Source: a virus
Direction: 5' to 3' (one strand)
Length of the DNA stretch: 64,000 nucleotides
IMG/VR virus record: IMGVR_UViG_3300027899_001695
Location: 36,208 to 100,207 of that record
Shown here: in pieces, positions 1 through 10,523 of the stretch
How the letters are laid out: the number at the start of each line of letters is the position of its first letter
Numbering within the stretch: position 1 is the first letter of the stretch
The notes under the pieces: generated by a model
What the model was told of the DNA's origin: nothing
What the model saw: the letters and a program-made list of their open reading frames with translations, nothing else
The model's database searches: none
Program-made: the position numbers and the translations under genes

Positions 1-2
1 TT

Positions 3-2204
3 TGGAGTAGGGTATTGGAGTTAAGGCGTATTCATCCTGCTTTAATGGAATATGATTTAGATAAAGCAGGACTTCCTCGTAATTCGCATTGGTTATGCCC
101 ATTTCATCGTGAAGATGTTGAAATAGCTCCTGGTCCTTGCAAAGAGTGTGGTTTTGAGATGCTTCCTGTCATGTATATTTATAACCATCGTGGAAAGAGA
201 GTATACTTACTTGAAGAAGAGATTATTCACATGTCTAAGTTCTCTCCTTCGGAAACCTACGGTTACTCTCCTTTACTTACAATCATGCAGAAGGTTTTAA
301 CTATCTCTGGTATGGATAGGTTCTTATATCGTTATTTCTTTGAGAGAAAGGCTCCTACAGGGATGATATTGACCTATACAGATGACCCACAATCATTAGA
401 GGTGGAAAGAGCCAGAATTGAGGCTAAGATGATGGAAGACCCAACATACATGCCTTGGGTAGCGGTATCTCAGAAAACAGGACGTGGAAGAACTGACTTT
501 GTTAGATTATTTCATACTCTGCAAGAAATGGACTACATGAATGTGCGTAATGAGATTAGGGATAGAATCGCTTCTATGTATGGTGTACCACAAGTCTATC
601 TTAATATCTTTGAAGGTGTCGGAGCCATGTCTGGTCAGTCTGTTTCTGGTGATACACCATTATGGATACGCAAAGATGAAAAGTTTATTGACTTGATTCC
701 TATTGAGTCGTTGCATCATAATTCTGCTAACCAACATGACCAGTTCCCCAAGAATTTGGAAGTGCTTTCTCAGGATGGCTGGACTAAGCCTAAACATATT
801 TGGAGGCATAAATGCAGGGAAGAGAACACCCTTGCGTTTGAATTTGGTGGAGGTTTTGCTGAGACTACAGTAGACCATTCTCTTATGAAAGACAAACAGG
901 AAGTAAAGGCTTCTGATTTGAAGGTAGGCGACAGTATTGATACTGTTGAATACCCTAAATCTGAAGAATATGACTCAATGACTGAAGATTTTGCTTGGTT
1001 GTTAGGTTTTTATTCTGCGGAAGGTTCTATTCTCTTTGAAGAAGCGGGTTTAGACCTATCAAACAACAAAGTAGAGCTCTTAGAAAAGTGCCAGAGAATA
1101 TTGGAAGCTAGGTATAATAAAAAGGCTAAAATAGCTTTCTATGAAGGTAATGATTGTGGTAGGGTGCTTATTTATGGTAATAGCATTGTAGAAGATTTTA
1201 AAGGTCTTGTATACTATGCCTATAATACTGTTAGTAGCAAAGACAGCAAGCCTATACGAGTACCTAAGTTAGTCCGAAAGGTTCCTACTCAAGTTATTAA
1301 TGGTTCTTCTGCTATTAAGCAATCTTTCTTAAAGGGTTACATTGATGGAGATGGTAGTGTTACTAGTGATGATTCCTATAGATGTGTTTCTACTTCATTG
1401 CTTCTATTAGCTGGTATTGAGTACTTAGTTAAGATTCTTGGTTACAATACTAACGTAGAGTTTAGAAAGAGCGATAATCAAAACTGGAACCATAACTGGA
1501 GACTTACATTTGGTAAAGGTAATAGAAAGACAGAATCAAATGTAATCAAAAGAATTCTTTCTTTACCCGCAAATAAATATGTCTATGATATTGAAACTGA
1601 GAGCCATACGTTTGTTGGTGGTATCGGCTGTCTTGTTTTCCATAACAGTCAGCAGTTAAAGGTATTTAGTAACATTATTGACGCTGACCAGAGACGCTAC
1701 AATGAGAAGCTATTTCCACAGCTATTAAAAGCTTTCCATATAACGGATTGGAGTTTGAAGTTATTACCACCTGAAGAGAAAATAGATTCAATGGTGCTTC
1801 AACAGGCACAACAAAGGGTAGCAATAGCTACGCAGATGATGACATTGGGCTTTCAGGTTGAATTAAAACCTGGAACTAAGAATATTAAGGATTTGGACTT
1901 TATCTTTACAGGTAAAGTTGAAAATCCAATGCAGGCCATGATGGGAGGTGCTGGTGGTGCTGGTGGCATGCCCCCGCTACCTCCAGGTGGAGAAGGAAGC
2001 CAAGGTGGAGAAGGCGCAGAGGGTGGAGCATCAGGCATGACCACCGCACCACCTAGAGTTCCAGAAAAGGGTGTGGAAAAAGCAGAAGGAATAGAACACT
2101 ATGCTTGGAATAAGCGAAATCCGAAGGAAGAGGCTGTTAGTAGAGATATTGAGGCCGAGAAGATATATCAAGGAAAGAACTTAGAGGAGCAGCTTGAACC
2201 ATAA
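3..2204 (+). CDS. Phage portal protein (5' partial), interrupted by an intein
   Basis: Frame open from window start. Portal-like motifs (IIHMSKFSPSETYGYSPL, MDYMNVRNEIRDRIASMYGVP), Gly/Pro-rich C-terminal tail, lies upstream of head genes. Confidence 0.85.
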   Translation, partial: WSRVLELRRIHPALMEYDLDKAGLPRNSHWLCPFHREDVEIAPGPCKECGFEMLPVMYIYNHRGKRVYLLEEEIIHMSKFSPSETYGYSPLLTIMQKVLTISGMDRFLYRYFFERKAPTGMILTYTDDPQSLEVERARIEAKMMEDPTYMPWVAVSQKTGRGRTDFVRLFHTLQEMDYMNVRNEIRDRIASMYGVPQVYLNIFEGVGAMSGQSVSGDTPLWIRKDEKFIDLIPIESLHHNSANQHDQFPKNLEVLSQDGWTKPKHIWRHKCREENTLAFEFGGGFAETTVDHSLMKDKQEVKASDLKVGDSIDTVEYPKSEEYDSMTEDFAWLLGFYSAEGSILFEEAGLDLSNNKVELLEKCQRILEARYNKKAKIAFYEGNDCGRVLIYGNSIVEDFKGLVYYAYNTVSSKDSKPIRVPKLVRKVPTQVINGSSAIKQSFLKGYIDGDGSVTSDDSYRCVSTSLLLLAGIEYLVKILGYNTNVEFRKSDNQNWNHNWRLTFGKGNRKTESNVIKRILSLPANKYVYDIETESHTFVGGIGCLVFHNSQQLKVFSNIIDADQRRYNEKLFPQLLKAFHITDWSLKLLPPEEKIDSMVLQQAQQRVAIATQMMTLGFQVELKPGTKNIKDLDFIFTGKVENPMQAMMGGAGGAGGMPPLPPGGEGSQGGEGAEGGASGMTTAPPRVPEKGVEKAEGIEHYAWNKRNPKEEAVSRDIEAEKIYQGKNLEEQLEP
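639..1646 (+). mobile_element. Intein with LAGLIDADG homing endonuclease in portal
   Basis: Begins SVSGDT (Ser1), block B TVDHSL, LAGLIDADG motifs WLLGFYSAEGS and FLKGYIDGDGS, ends VYDIETESHTF...VFHN followed by extein Ser. Confidence 0.92.
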
Positions 2205-2317
2205 TGTATTTATTATGTATAGCATGTAATCAGAGAAGCCATCTTAGTTTATGGAAACGTATTGGCGTTTATACATTTGCTTGCCCACATTGTGGAGCAA
2301 CTAGAGTCGTTGATTAA
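2204..2317 (+). CDS. Small zinc-ribbon protein (37 aa; not in ORF track)
   Basis: ATG overlaps portal stop (TAATG); CIAC...CPHCG. Confidence 0.5.
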   Translation: MYLLCIACNQRSHLSLWKRIGVYTFACPHCGATRVVD

Positions 2318-2327
2318 GGAGGAAAGA

Positions 2328-2780
2328 ATGTCAGCAGGAGACCCTATTAACTATACAACCAACTCTACAAGTATTAACTATTTTACTACAGGAGCATACA
2401 TAGACGACACAGACCCATTTAAACGTTTAATTGCTTGGAAAGGTCTAAAGATTCGTTCTATATCTATTCTTGGTAACACTATCAGTATTGAGTGTTATAA
2501 AGGAAAGAAGACATATTTTGTTACTATAGACGAAGACTTTGTTAAAGTATTTAATAATAAGAAAGAAGTTATTGATACTGTGCCTATTCCAAAGGTCTAT
2601 AAGTACCAACCTAGCACAATAACGACTGGAGGGAACACTTGGATTTATCCAACTACTACTGACCATACGACTGCACTACCGTCTAATAGTGTCGTCTGGA
2701 GAGATAGCACCACCCTTGACCCTAAATGGACAACAACCAGCAATAATACTGCTGCAGGGTATAAAATATCATTCGAATAA
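2328..2780 (+). CDS. Hypothetical protein (Thr-rich termini, internal DPFKR motif)
   Basis: ORF; AGGAGG RBS before ATG 2328. Confidence 0.6.
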   Translation: MSAGDPINYTTNSTSINYFTTGAYIDDTDPFKRLIAWKGLKIRSISILGNTISIECYKGKKTYFVTIDEDFVKVFNNKKEVIDTVPIPKVYKYQPSTITTGGNTWIYPTTTDHTTALPSNSVVWRDSTTLDPKWTTTSNNTAAGYKISFE

Positions 2781-2807
2781 AAATAAAAAAGGGGAGAAAA
2801 GAAAGAA

Positions 2808-3473
2808 ATGATAGCACCTATTAATCGACTACGCAGGGATGAAATCGCAGAACTGGCAAAGGGACGTTGCAAGCATGGGCATACTTACTTGGAGCATTAT
2901 AATTGTTTCAAGGCGGAAAAAGGAGAAGGAGAAAAGATTGGCTTCTTTGACATTGAAGCATCCAATCTAAAGGCAAACTTTGGTATAATGTTGTCGTACT
3001 GTATTAAGGAACACAATAGTGAGAAGATGTTGTATGATGTTATAACAGAGAAGGATATGAGGTCTGGTGTAATGGATAAAAGACTGGTTAGAAATTGTAT
3101 ACGGGACATGAAGAAGTTTGATAGACTTGTAGGCCATTATTCTACTAAATATGACCTACCTTTTGTACGTACAAGGGCTCTCTCAATGGGTCTTAAGTTT
3201 CCTGAGTATGGTGAGATTAAACATACTGATACCTATTATATGGCAAAGAAATTGCTCTGCTTATCTAGCAATAGACAGGGAGTAGTAGCGGAGGCTATAC
3301 AAGGTGAGGACATTAAGACTAGGATTGACCCCAAGTACTGGATACCTGCATTACAGGGTAATGTAAAAGCTTTGGAGTACATTCTTGACCATAATAAAAA
3401 GGATACTCTTCAGTTGGAAGGAAACTATAAAAAGTTAGTTATATTTGTTAAACCACTACAGAAGAGCATGTAG
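2808..3473 (+). CDS. RNase H-like DnaQ/DEDD 3'-5' exonuclease (YprB-like) with N-terminal Cys/His finger
   Basis: ExoI FFDIEAS, ExoII GHYSTKYDLPF, ExoIII YILDHNKKD. Confidence 0.75.
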   Translation: MIAPINRLRRDEIAELAKGRCKHGHTYLEHYNCFKAEKGEGEKIGFFDIEASNLKANFGIMLSYCIKEHNSEKMLYDVITEKDMRSGVMDKRLVRNCIRDMKKFDRLVGHYSTKYDLPFVRTRALSMGLKFPEYGEIKHTDTYYMAKKLLCLSSNRQGVVAEAIQGEDIKTRIDPKYWIPALQGNVKALEYILDHNKKDTLQLEGNYKKLVIFVKPLQKSM

Positions 3474-3506
3474 TTTGAAAGTTGACACAAATGTGGGATA
3501 ATTAAG
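3472..3506 (+). promoter_or_regulatory. Putative late promoter, copy 1 of 4 (TTNA[A/T]AG-N15-[T/G]A[T/A]AATTAAG)
   Basis: Same motif and spacing at 15806, 51329 and 55319, all upstream of structural-type genes. Confidence 0.6.
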
Positions 3507-3513
3507 TAGTAAA

Positions 3514-3909
3514 ATGAACAGGGAAGAAGCTCAGTCTACTATAGTTCAGGCTTTAATAGAAGCATTAAGAGCTAGGGCACGTAATGGTTTTGAACTATCA
3601 CAATCATCATGCCCCGTTGTTACAATGACTTTGAAGAATTCTGGGTCTATAACAGACATCCCTAATGGTAGTGTGCTTAGTTATAAAGCACCATATGCTT
3701 CTATTGTAGAAAGAGGAATTGAAGACCATACGGAAATCGTTCCTGGATATGCAAGAAGGGGGCATATGGTGCGTAGCCACACCAGACGAGTACGTGCCAA
3801 AGAGGGTATTCATTTCATTGAAAACTCTCTTAAAAAGGCTTTTGAAACTTTATCTAATTCAGTAGATGGGGAATTGAGGGTAAAGTTTACAAGAGTAGAA
3901 CGTAGTTAA
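3514..3909 (+). CDS. Putative head-completion/neck protein (HK97 gp10-like)
   Basis: YKAPYASIVERG and HFIENSL motifs typical of virion morphogenesis proteins. Confidence 0.5.
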   Translation: MNREEAQSTIVQALIEALRARARNGFELSQSSCPVVTMTLKNSGSITDIPNGSVLSYKAPYASIVERGIEDHTEIVPGYARRGHMVRSHTRRVRAKEGIHFIENSLKKAFETLSNSVDGELRVKFTRVERS

Positions 3910-3925
3910 AGTAAGGAGGATTGTT

Positions 3926-4243
3926 ATGGATAAGTATCTTGAATATCTTGTGACTCGTTTAATCGAGTGTATGAGTTTATCGGTTCCGAAGGATAAATTG
4001 GACCAAGTATCGGCATTGATTACACGTCATGCTGCTGAATTGTTAGAACAAGTTAAAGCTTCTAAAGATGCTGAGTTTATTAAAGCCAAATTTTCCAATT
4101 TCATTAATAAAGTACTTAGTACTATAGAAGCACTTGATTTGGCAGAAACGCAGTATAAAGCTGTGCGTAAGTTAGTCTTATCAGAAATTCATGGCTGTTT
4201 GGATATGATAATAATAAATTTGGGGAAAAAAGAAGATGGATAA
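3926..4243 (+). CDS. Hypothetical helical protein
   Basis: ORF with AGGAGG RBS. Confidence 0.6.
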   Translation: MDKYLEYLVTRLIECMSLSVPKDKLDQVSALITRHAAELLEQVKASKDAEFIKAKFSNFINKVLSTIEALDLAETQYKAVRKLVLSEIHGCLDMIIINLGKKEDG

Positions 4244-6428
4244 TAATGAACGACCTGAAGACATGTTTATAAATGACCCAGCACAAGCGGAGGCTATGAA
4301 ACTTAGTTCTCCGTATGTTGCTATGTTTGATGATTACATGAAGAAGGGTGAGGGATTTTATAAAGATATTCCACAAGTAGGGCAAGTACCAGAAGTTCCT
4401 GGATTAGGAGGTGTGGGTGGAGTACCAGAAATTCCTAATATGTTTAAACGTATGGAGAAATCTAGAGAGGTTAAACATTGGGAACAGAAGATAAGAAAGC
4501 AGGGATTATATAATGAATTGAGCCACATGAATGCCTCTCAATTGGATGGAATGATTAATCGTATTGAGAAGGCGATAGAAAATAAATCTACAAAGAGGGT
4601 TACTATGAAAAAACAAAAAGCAATGATTAAAAGCTTTTCTCCTGACTTGAGGAAAGCCTTATTGCGTAAAGGTATGTCTATAGATGATGTTAGGCATGTT
4701 GAAAATGAATTTAAGACTAATCTTCCTCCTGAAGCTATTAATATAATGAATAGTTATGTTGATACTGCGGTTAGGAAAGGTTGGGGCGGTGCTGCAGTTG
4801 GGGGTCTATTAGGAGCAGGTGGTGGCCCTCTTGGGATTGCTATTGGTGCTTATATTGGTCATAAATTAGGCGAAGCTGTTGGTAGAGGGCAAATATCGTC
4901 TAAACAGGCTAAAGTAGCGAAAGAAGCAATGCTTCAGAGGTCACAGAATGAGTTAACAAGCCAAAAGATTATTGATAAGGCATTACAACAATATTTAAAT
5001 GGTACGGCTGCTGCAGGTGGCCCTGCTGCTCCGCCTAGTGTGTCACAACAAATACTGGGTAGAGTAATGGATAGATTCTTGCCACCTAAGACGGCTACTC
5101 CTTCTGCAGGTGCAGGACCGACTGCGAGTACTTCTGGTACTACAAGTGGTGCTGGGTCTGCTGCAGGTGCAAGTTCTAATACAAGTACTGGTGCTCCTCC
5201 GCCTCCTACTGCTGGTGCAGGAGCAGGAGCACCTTCTCCTTCTGCTAGTACAGGGGCACCTTCTGCTGGTGCAGGAGCAGGAGCACCTTCTCCTTCTGCT
5301 AGTACAGGGGCACCTCAGACTGGTGCTAGTGCTGGAGCAGCTCGTTGGCAAGCTAATGTTCAAGCAGGTTTGAAAAGGCAAGCTGCTGCACACAAAGCAG
5401 CACAGACCAAAGCAAATAAGCCAAAACAGTCTACACAACAACCTAGTCAGCAACCTGTAGATGGGGGGGCACCCCCAGGTCCTAAGCCTGTTCTTGGTGG
5501 ACGTAAACAAAAGAAAGTAGAGACACCACCTATAGAACCTGAAGTAACACAGTCAGAAAAAGATGCTTCTAAGAAAGGTAGAATACCTAGGAAACCGAAG
5601 AAACCAATGGATGCAATGAGTGAAGCATCTGCGAGACTTGCTGCAGGAGAGGATGAGGATACTATCATGAAATGGATGTTAGATAATAATATGACAGATG
5701 ACCAAATTGGTCAAGTTATGGAAGAGAGAAATAAACAGGCAATGGGCAAAATGATGAAAGGAGAGGTGAATCCAATGAAACCACAATCACCTATTGAATT
5801 AAAAAAGGCTATTTATAGTGTAAATAGGGCTATAGAGATGATAAAGAAAGAGGCTCCTTGGACTAAGGAAGACCCATCAATGTCTCCTGCTCAAGAACAA
5901 TCTGGCGGAGGAGAAGAGAAAGATATTAAGTGGCTTTCTCATGCATTGGAAGGTGGTGGGCTCGATTCTTTATCTAAACACCCTGTAGTGGGAGAAAATA
6001 TTGGGAATGCTGCTGATAAGGTAGGTTCCAAGTTCTTAGAGAAGATACAATCAATGGGTAAAGAAGGTAGTTTTGACCATGCTGACCCTAAAGCGATTGG
6101 TTTAGCTATTCTTGAATCTATTGATGGTATGGCCAATGATGCTGGTGATGAGAAGATAGGAAAAGCTTGGACAGGTGCAATGGCATCTCTTATTGATAAA
6201 TATGGTAAGAAAGTTGTTGCAGATGTTGCACAAGGTCTTGCTCAAGAAGGTGGACAAGGACAATTCCGTAAAGCAGTTGCTGAACCTATTGGTCCTACGC
6301 ATTATCCTGCCAAAAATAAAAAAACGGCTAAAACAGATTTTGGTGGGCAATCTGAAGTATATGGTGATGGAGCCAATATGGATACAGAGTCACTCACTGA
6401 AAATAGCAAGATGTTAGAAACTGAATAA
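4236..6428 (+). CDS. Putative internal head protein (glycine zipper, low-complexity linker, many hydrophobic-X-K-[SAG] sites)
   Basis: Lies between portal and protease; MEKS, IEKA, LRKA, LRKG, VRKG, IDKA, LKKA, IGKA, FRKA motifs. Confidence 0.55.
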   Translation: MDNNERPEDMFINDPAQAEAMKLSSPYVAMFDDYMKKGEGFYKDIPQVGQVPEVPGLGGVGGVPEIPNMFKRMEKSREVKHWEQKIRKQGLYNELSHMNASQLDGMINRIEKAIENKSTKRVTMKKQKAMIKSFSPDLRKALLRKGMSIDDVRHVENEFKTNLPPEAINIMNSYVDTAVRKGWGGAAVGGLLGAGGGPLGIAIGAYIGHKLGEAVGRGQISSKQAKVAKEAMLQRSQNELTSQKIIDKALQQYLNGTAAAGGPAAPPSVSQQILGRVMDRFLPPKTATPSAGAGPTASTSGTTSGAGSAAGASSNTSTGAPPPPTAGAGAGAPSPSASTGAPSAGAGAGAPSPSASTGAPQTGASAGAARWQANVQAGLKRQAAAHKAAQTKANKPKQSTQQPSQQPVDGGAPPGPKPVLGGRKQKKVETPPIEPEVTQSEKDASKKGRIPRKPKKPMDAMSEASARLAAGEDEDTIMKWMLDNNMTDDQIGQVMEERNKQAMGKMMKGEVNPMKPQSPIELKKAIYSVNRAIEMIKKEAPWTKEDPSMSPAQEQSGGGEEKDIKWLSHALEGGGLDSLSKHPVVGENIGNAADKVGSKFLEKIQSMGKEGSFDHADPKAIGLAILESIDGMANDAGDEKIGKAWTGAMASLIDKYGKKVVADVAQGLAQEGGQGQFRKAVAEPIGPTHYPAKNKKTAKTDFGGQSEVYGDGANMDTESLTENSKMLETE
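5209..5315 (+). repeat. Tandem 54-bp coding repeat (AGAGAGAPSPSASTGAP x2)
   Basis: Two near-identical adjacent copies. Confidence 0.9.
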
Positions 6429-6437
6429 GAGGTAGTT

Positions 6438-6722
6438 ATGGAGCGATTGGCTTCCGAATATGACCCTAAGACAGGGCAGTTTACGTTTACAGTAGGCGAT
6501 GAGTTAACGGCTGAGATATCTCCAGAACAATATGTGGAGTTTATATCTCAGTCAATGATGCTTGTCCAACACGTTGTAGAAAATTACTTTAATGGGTCAA
6601 TGAAGAGGTTTATCAAATCAACTGAGCATGCTCCCTCAATACCCATAGATTCGGCAGATTTAGTAGAAGACTTGGATAAATGGTTGAGACATAAATCAAC
6701 ACATATAGATTTTGGAGCATAA
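6438..6722 (+). CDS. Hypothetical protein
   Basis: ORF with GAGG RBS. Confidence 0.6.
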   Translation: MERLASEYDPKTGQFTFTVGDELTAEISPEQYVEFISQSMMLVQHVVENYFNGSMKRFIKSTEHAPSIPIDSADLVEDLDKWLRHKSTHIDFGA

Positions 6723-9700
6723 TATGACAGAAAGAACTATATTGTTGTCTAGAATTGAACAGATAATGAGACTTGGTAAAAAGAAAGAGCCTACTGTTGC
6801 AGACTATTTAAGTCAGTTTGATATGGATCGGCTTATTGATACAAAGAATCCCGCTAATAATGATTATAGAAGAGAGTTTGTTAATAGTTTCTTTAAACAT
6901 CTTCCTATAGATAGACGACCTATGCTATTACTAGGAAGGTCAGGTCCCCAGGTTCTAGCCTACATTAATACAGACTCCAGTTTAGCCAAAAGACATGCCC
7001 CAGTTATGATAAGATATGAAGCTGCTATGGAAAGACAACTTCCTTTAGTTAGTGTGAAGTTATTTAATGATAAATTTAAAGATATGAGTCAAGTGGCCGC
7101 AAATTTGCAACCTTTTAGTGAAACTAAAGCAAATAATGTCAATAAAGAAGCTTTCATAAATAAGTGGGCAACTAGATTAATTTCTGATTTAAAAGCAGGA
7201 GAATTCGCACCTGATAAATTTATAGGACATGGTTTAGATGAACAAGAGTTAGCAAACCTTCCAACTAAAGTAAAACTTGTTCCAGGAAATAAGAAAGGAA
7301 AAGCAGTAAGAATCCCTAAAGAAGAACGAGAGCATCGACATTTATTACCTAAAGTTGATAAACCATTGGGAAGTGGAAAGCAACCTTTAACCAAATATCA
7401 TCCTCGTGGAGCAAGTGTTCATAATCAAAAGTTATGGAGAGCTATACATCGTGCTTTACAAACACCAGAAGATATAAAGAAATTAAGTATGGAAGTAGTC
7501 AATGCTACTCCGTCTAATCAGAAGTTTTATAGTCCCTATATTGACCCTGAAACTGGGCAATTAAAAGATAGAGTTCCTAAAGATGTAGACCAACAGTTTC
7601 ATCAAGATATGAGAGACCTTATTGAGAAAAAGGGGCAAGAGTTTCATGATAGGTATATAATATCTCCAGAATATGTAGATGATGATGGTACAGTGCATCC
7701 TGCACATCCAGAGTATAATGGAAAAAAGGGGGATAAAAGCAATGCTGGAGAGTGGTCCAAGAAAACACCAGCGGATGTTAAAAGGGCATATTCCCAAGCT
7801 GAAGGAGAAATAACAGGACATCTAGAGACATATAAGGAAGATGAGAAGCTTAAAGAAGATGCAACTATAGATTCAGGAGAAGAGCCTCCCGTAACTCCTT
7901 GGTATGAGCAACTTGGAGTAAAGGTACAACGAGAAGGTCAAGTAAAAAATGCAACAGGTATCTGGACAGATTCAAAAGGTAAGAAATACCGTCTTAAAGG
8001 CGATGAGGTTTATCATCACCCAAAAATTGGTGATATTATTGTACGAAATCTAAATGGAATGAGAACTCGTATTTTTGCTCCAGGTATAAATAGAACCTTT
8101 GTTAATAGTAAAGGTATCCAAGATATTATTAGGATGTATTTTGAACGTAACCTTCCGATACCTAAAGATTATAAACCTTATTTAATAGGGTATGAGGATT
8201 GGAAACAGTTAGCAGTTTTAAGAGAAGAGATTTATCAAGATGATTTAAAAAAGGCAAAAACAGAGAAACAACGTCAGAAACTTACGACTGCTTATGAAGA
8301 TTGGAAAAAGAAATTTAGAGGAGTTAGTCTAAAAGCTAGAGAAGAAGATTCTAAAGAATGGGGAAACCAAGACTTAGAATCGCAGTTACTTAGAGATAAT
8401 ACAGACCCTAAGTTTGATATCAAGCTTAGAGAGTTTCAAGATTTACAACATGAAGGGAATTCAAATGAGATACAAAGAAAGGATTTCTATGATGGTTTTA
8501 CACCTGCTCAAAAGGACTTCTTTGACCAATTTAAGAAGAATCTTACTACTAAAATAAAAGCCCTTAAACAAAAATTTGATGCAGAACAAGACTTAAATAT
8601 ACCTAATCCAATGGATATTAATTTTAGTCCATTAGATGCAGGAGAGGCTAGACTTCCTTATATGAGTAATAAGGACCGTTTACAGTCTGATAGCGATAGA
8701 GAGTACCAAGCTCTTAAAGACAAAGCTGCTGAAAGTATAAAAAATACACCTGCCTTTCAAGAGTTCCATAAATGGTCTGCTTTACATGGAGAATTAGCAA
8801 GTAAGGGGTACAAACATGTAGCATTAGATGATGCTGCAGAGGCTGCTTATGACAAAGCTTTATTAGATAGAACCGAAGCAGAAGAAAAGGCTGCGGAAAA
8901 GAAACAAAAAAATAGATACAAGAAGTACAAGGAAGCGGACGAAAATAAAAAAGGTGCTATAGGAACAACAGAAAGTAGCCAAGGAAAGAGTAACCCTACA
9001 CTTACTAAATTTGAAAAGCGTCAATTAGAATGGTTAAAAGCTAAAAAAGATATAGCAAGAACTGCGGTTAAACTTGAATATCATAAAGCTTTCGCTAAAA
9101 TATTACAAGAAGCATCTCCTACTAAAGAACGTAGAATTTCGCATGTTGATAATTTACTAAGTGATGACGGTACTTATACATATGATGCAACTGTTGATTC
9201 AGATGGACAAATAACAGATATTAGGAATAAAAAGCAACTTAAGCCTAATCAAATAAAGGCTTTTAAAGAGGCCAATAGTCCATCTATGTACAAACGTTAT
9301 AATCCTGCAAGTGCTGCAGCTTATGATAAAGCTTATGCAGATAGAATGAAAAGTATGCAAACAAAAGATATTAAAGATATTAAATCAGATAGGGCAAAGA
9401 AAGTAGGCATAGAGCCTCTTTCAGATAACCCAGACCGTGGTTTTGGAGACCCTAGTCCTCATAGAGATTGGCAAGACAGATTAGATAGAGCTATAACAGA
9501 AGCCATTAAAATTGGTACAGAAACAAAAGATTGGACAGAATTAAACCGATTATACGATGCTTTTCCAAACGAGAAGATGCATTATAGAAATACTCAAGAC
9601 CCACGCAGTAAAAGAAGTGGGGCATATGCAAAACGAGCAAATCTGGCGTTTGATAAGAAAAAACAAGAAGAAGCTGCAGCCAATGCTGCTAAAGCTGCTG

Positions 9701-10521
9701 CTAATGTACCTCCTCCACCTCCTCCAAAAGATAAAACTGCAGAACGAGATTCCGCTATTCGTTGGGAAATTGAAAGAGCCAAAGAAACTTCTAATGCAAG
9801 CGCAAAAGAATTTGCTCTTGAAGCGAGTCAAAAAGGTATAAGAGACCCAAAAGAAAAACAAAAATATATTGATGATGGAATGGACCAGGCTTTTAATAGA
9901 GAGCTTATGTATATTGGAAAGAAGTTTGGTGTAATTATTACGCCCTCTGCGCCTATAAAAACTAAACCTGAGAAACCGATAAAATCGCCTGAAGGTAAGA
10001 GACGTGAAAAGGACCCTACTAGACCTTGGGTAGAAGAGAATAAAAATAAAGTAACTTATAAGATAGAGGAACTTCCACAAACTGTTAAAGAACAAACAAA
10101 AGTTAAAGATAAAGCACGTATTAATGCTGGAATTAAACATCTTGAAGATAAAACAAAGAAGCTTACTGCTAAGAAAGTTGAAGCACCTGTTCCAGAAGAG
10201 GAGGTACCTGAGAAACCTAAAACTTGGCAAGAACGGCTAGCTACTATAAAGGCTGAACGAGCAAGTTCAGCACCTGCTTCTACCCATGTGGAAACGAAAA
10301 AGAAAGAGACTACTTCAGAAGTTGGAGTCACTAAACAACCTAAAACTTGGCAAGAACGGTTAGCTACTATAAAGGCTGAACGAGCAACGGCAACTCCTCC
10401 TATTCCCAAAGCTGAAAAAGGGCTGACATGGCAAGAAAGATTAGCTAATATAAAGGCTGAACGAGCAAAAAGTACTTCTAAGCAGACTTGGCAAGATAAG
10501 TTATCTACTATAGGGAATTAA
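6712..10521 (+). CDS. Large Lys-rich putative internal virion protein (about 1269 aa)
   Basis: Long ORF; N-terminal amphipathic helix; four C-terminal TWQERLA repeats. Confidence 0.6.
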   Translation: MEHNMTERTILLSRIEQIMRLGKKKEPTVADYLSQFDMDRLIDTKNPANNDYRREFVNSFFKHLPIDRRPMLLLGRSGPQVLAYINTDSSLAKRHAPVMIRYEAAMERQLPLVSVKLFNDKFKDMSQVAANLQPFSETKANNVNKEAFINKWATRLISDLKAGEFAPDKFIGHGLDEQELANLPTKVKLVPGNKKGKAVRIPKEEREHRHLLPKVDKPLGSGKQPLTKYHPRGASVHNQKLWRAIHRALQTPEDIKKLSMEVVNATPSNQKFYSPYIDPETGQLKDRVPKDVDQQFHQDMRDLIEKKGQEFHDRYIISPEYVDDDGTVHPAHPEYNGKKGDKSNAGEWSKKTPADVKRAYSQAEGEITGHLETYKEDEKLKEDATIDSGEEPPVTPWYEQLGVKVQREGQVKNATGIWTDSKGKKYRLKGDEVYHHPKIGDIIVRNLNGMRTRIFAPGINRTFVNSKGIQDIIRMYFERNLPIPKDYKPYLIGYEDWKQLAVLREEIYQDDLKKAKTEKQRQKLTTAYEDWKKKFRGVSLKAREEDSKEWGNQDLESQLLRDNTDPKFDIKLREFQDLQHEGNSNEIQRKDFYDGFTPAQKDFFDQFKKNLTTKIKALKQKFDAEQDLNIPNPMDINFSPLDAGEARLPYMSNKDRLQSDSDREYQALKDKAAESIKNTPAFQEFHKWSALHGELASKGYKHVALDDAAEAAYDKALLDRTEAEEKAAEKKQKNRYKKYKEADENKKGAIGTTESSQGKSNPTLTKFEKRQLEWLKAKKDIARTAVKLEYHKAFAKILQEASPTKERRISHVDNLLSDDGTYTYDATVDSDGQITDIRNKKQLKPNQIKAFKEANSPSMYKRYNPASAAAYDKAYADRMKSMQTKDIKDIKSDRAKKVGIEPLSDNPDRGFGDPSPHRDWQDRLDRAITEAIKIGTETKDWTELNRLYDAFPNEKMHYRNTQDPRSKRSGAYAKRANLAFDKKKQEEAAANAAKAAANVPPPPPPKDKTAERDSAIRWEIERAKETSNASAKEFALEASQKGIRDPKEKQKYIDDGMDQAFNRELMYIGKKFGVIITPSAPIKTKPEKPIKSPEGKRREKDPTRPWVEENKNKVTYKIEELPQTVKEQTKVKDKARINAGIKHLEDKTKKLTAKKVEAPVPEEEVPEKPKTWQERLATIKAERASSAPASTHVETKKKETTSEVGVTKQPKTWQERLATIKAERATATPPIPKAEKGLTWQERLANIKAERAKSTSKQTWQDKLSTIGN
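10214..10518 (+). repeat. Four coding repeats (K)TWQERLATIKAERA
   Basis: aaacttggcaagaacgg.tagctactataaaggctgaacgagcaa repeated, with degenerate copies. Confidence 0.85.
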
Positions 10522-10523
10522 TA

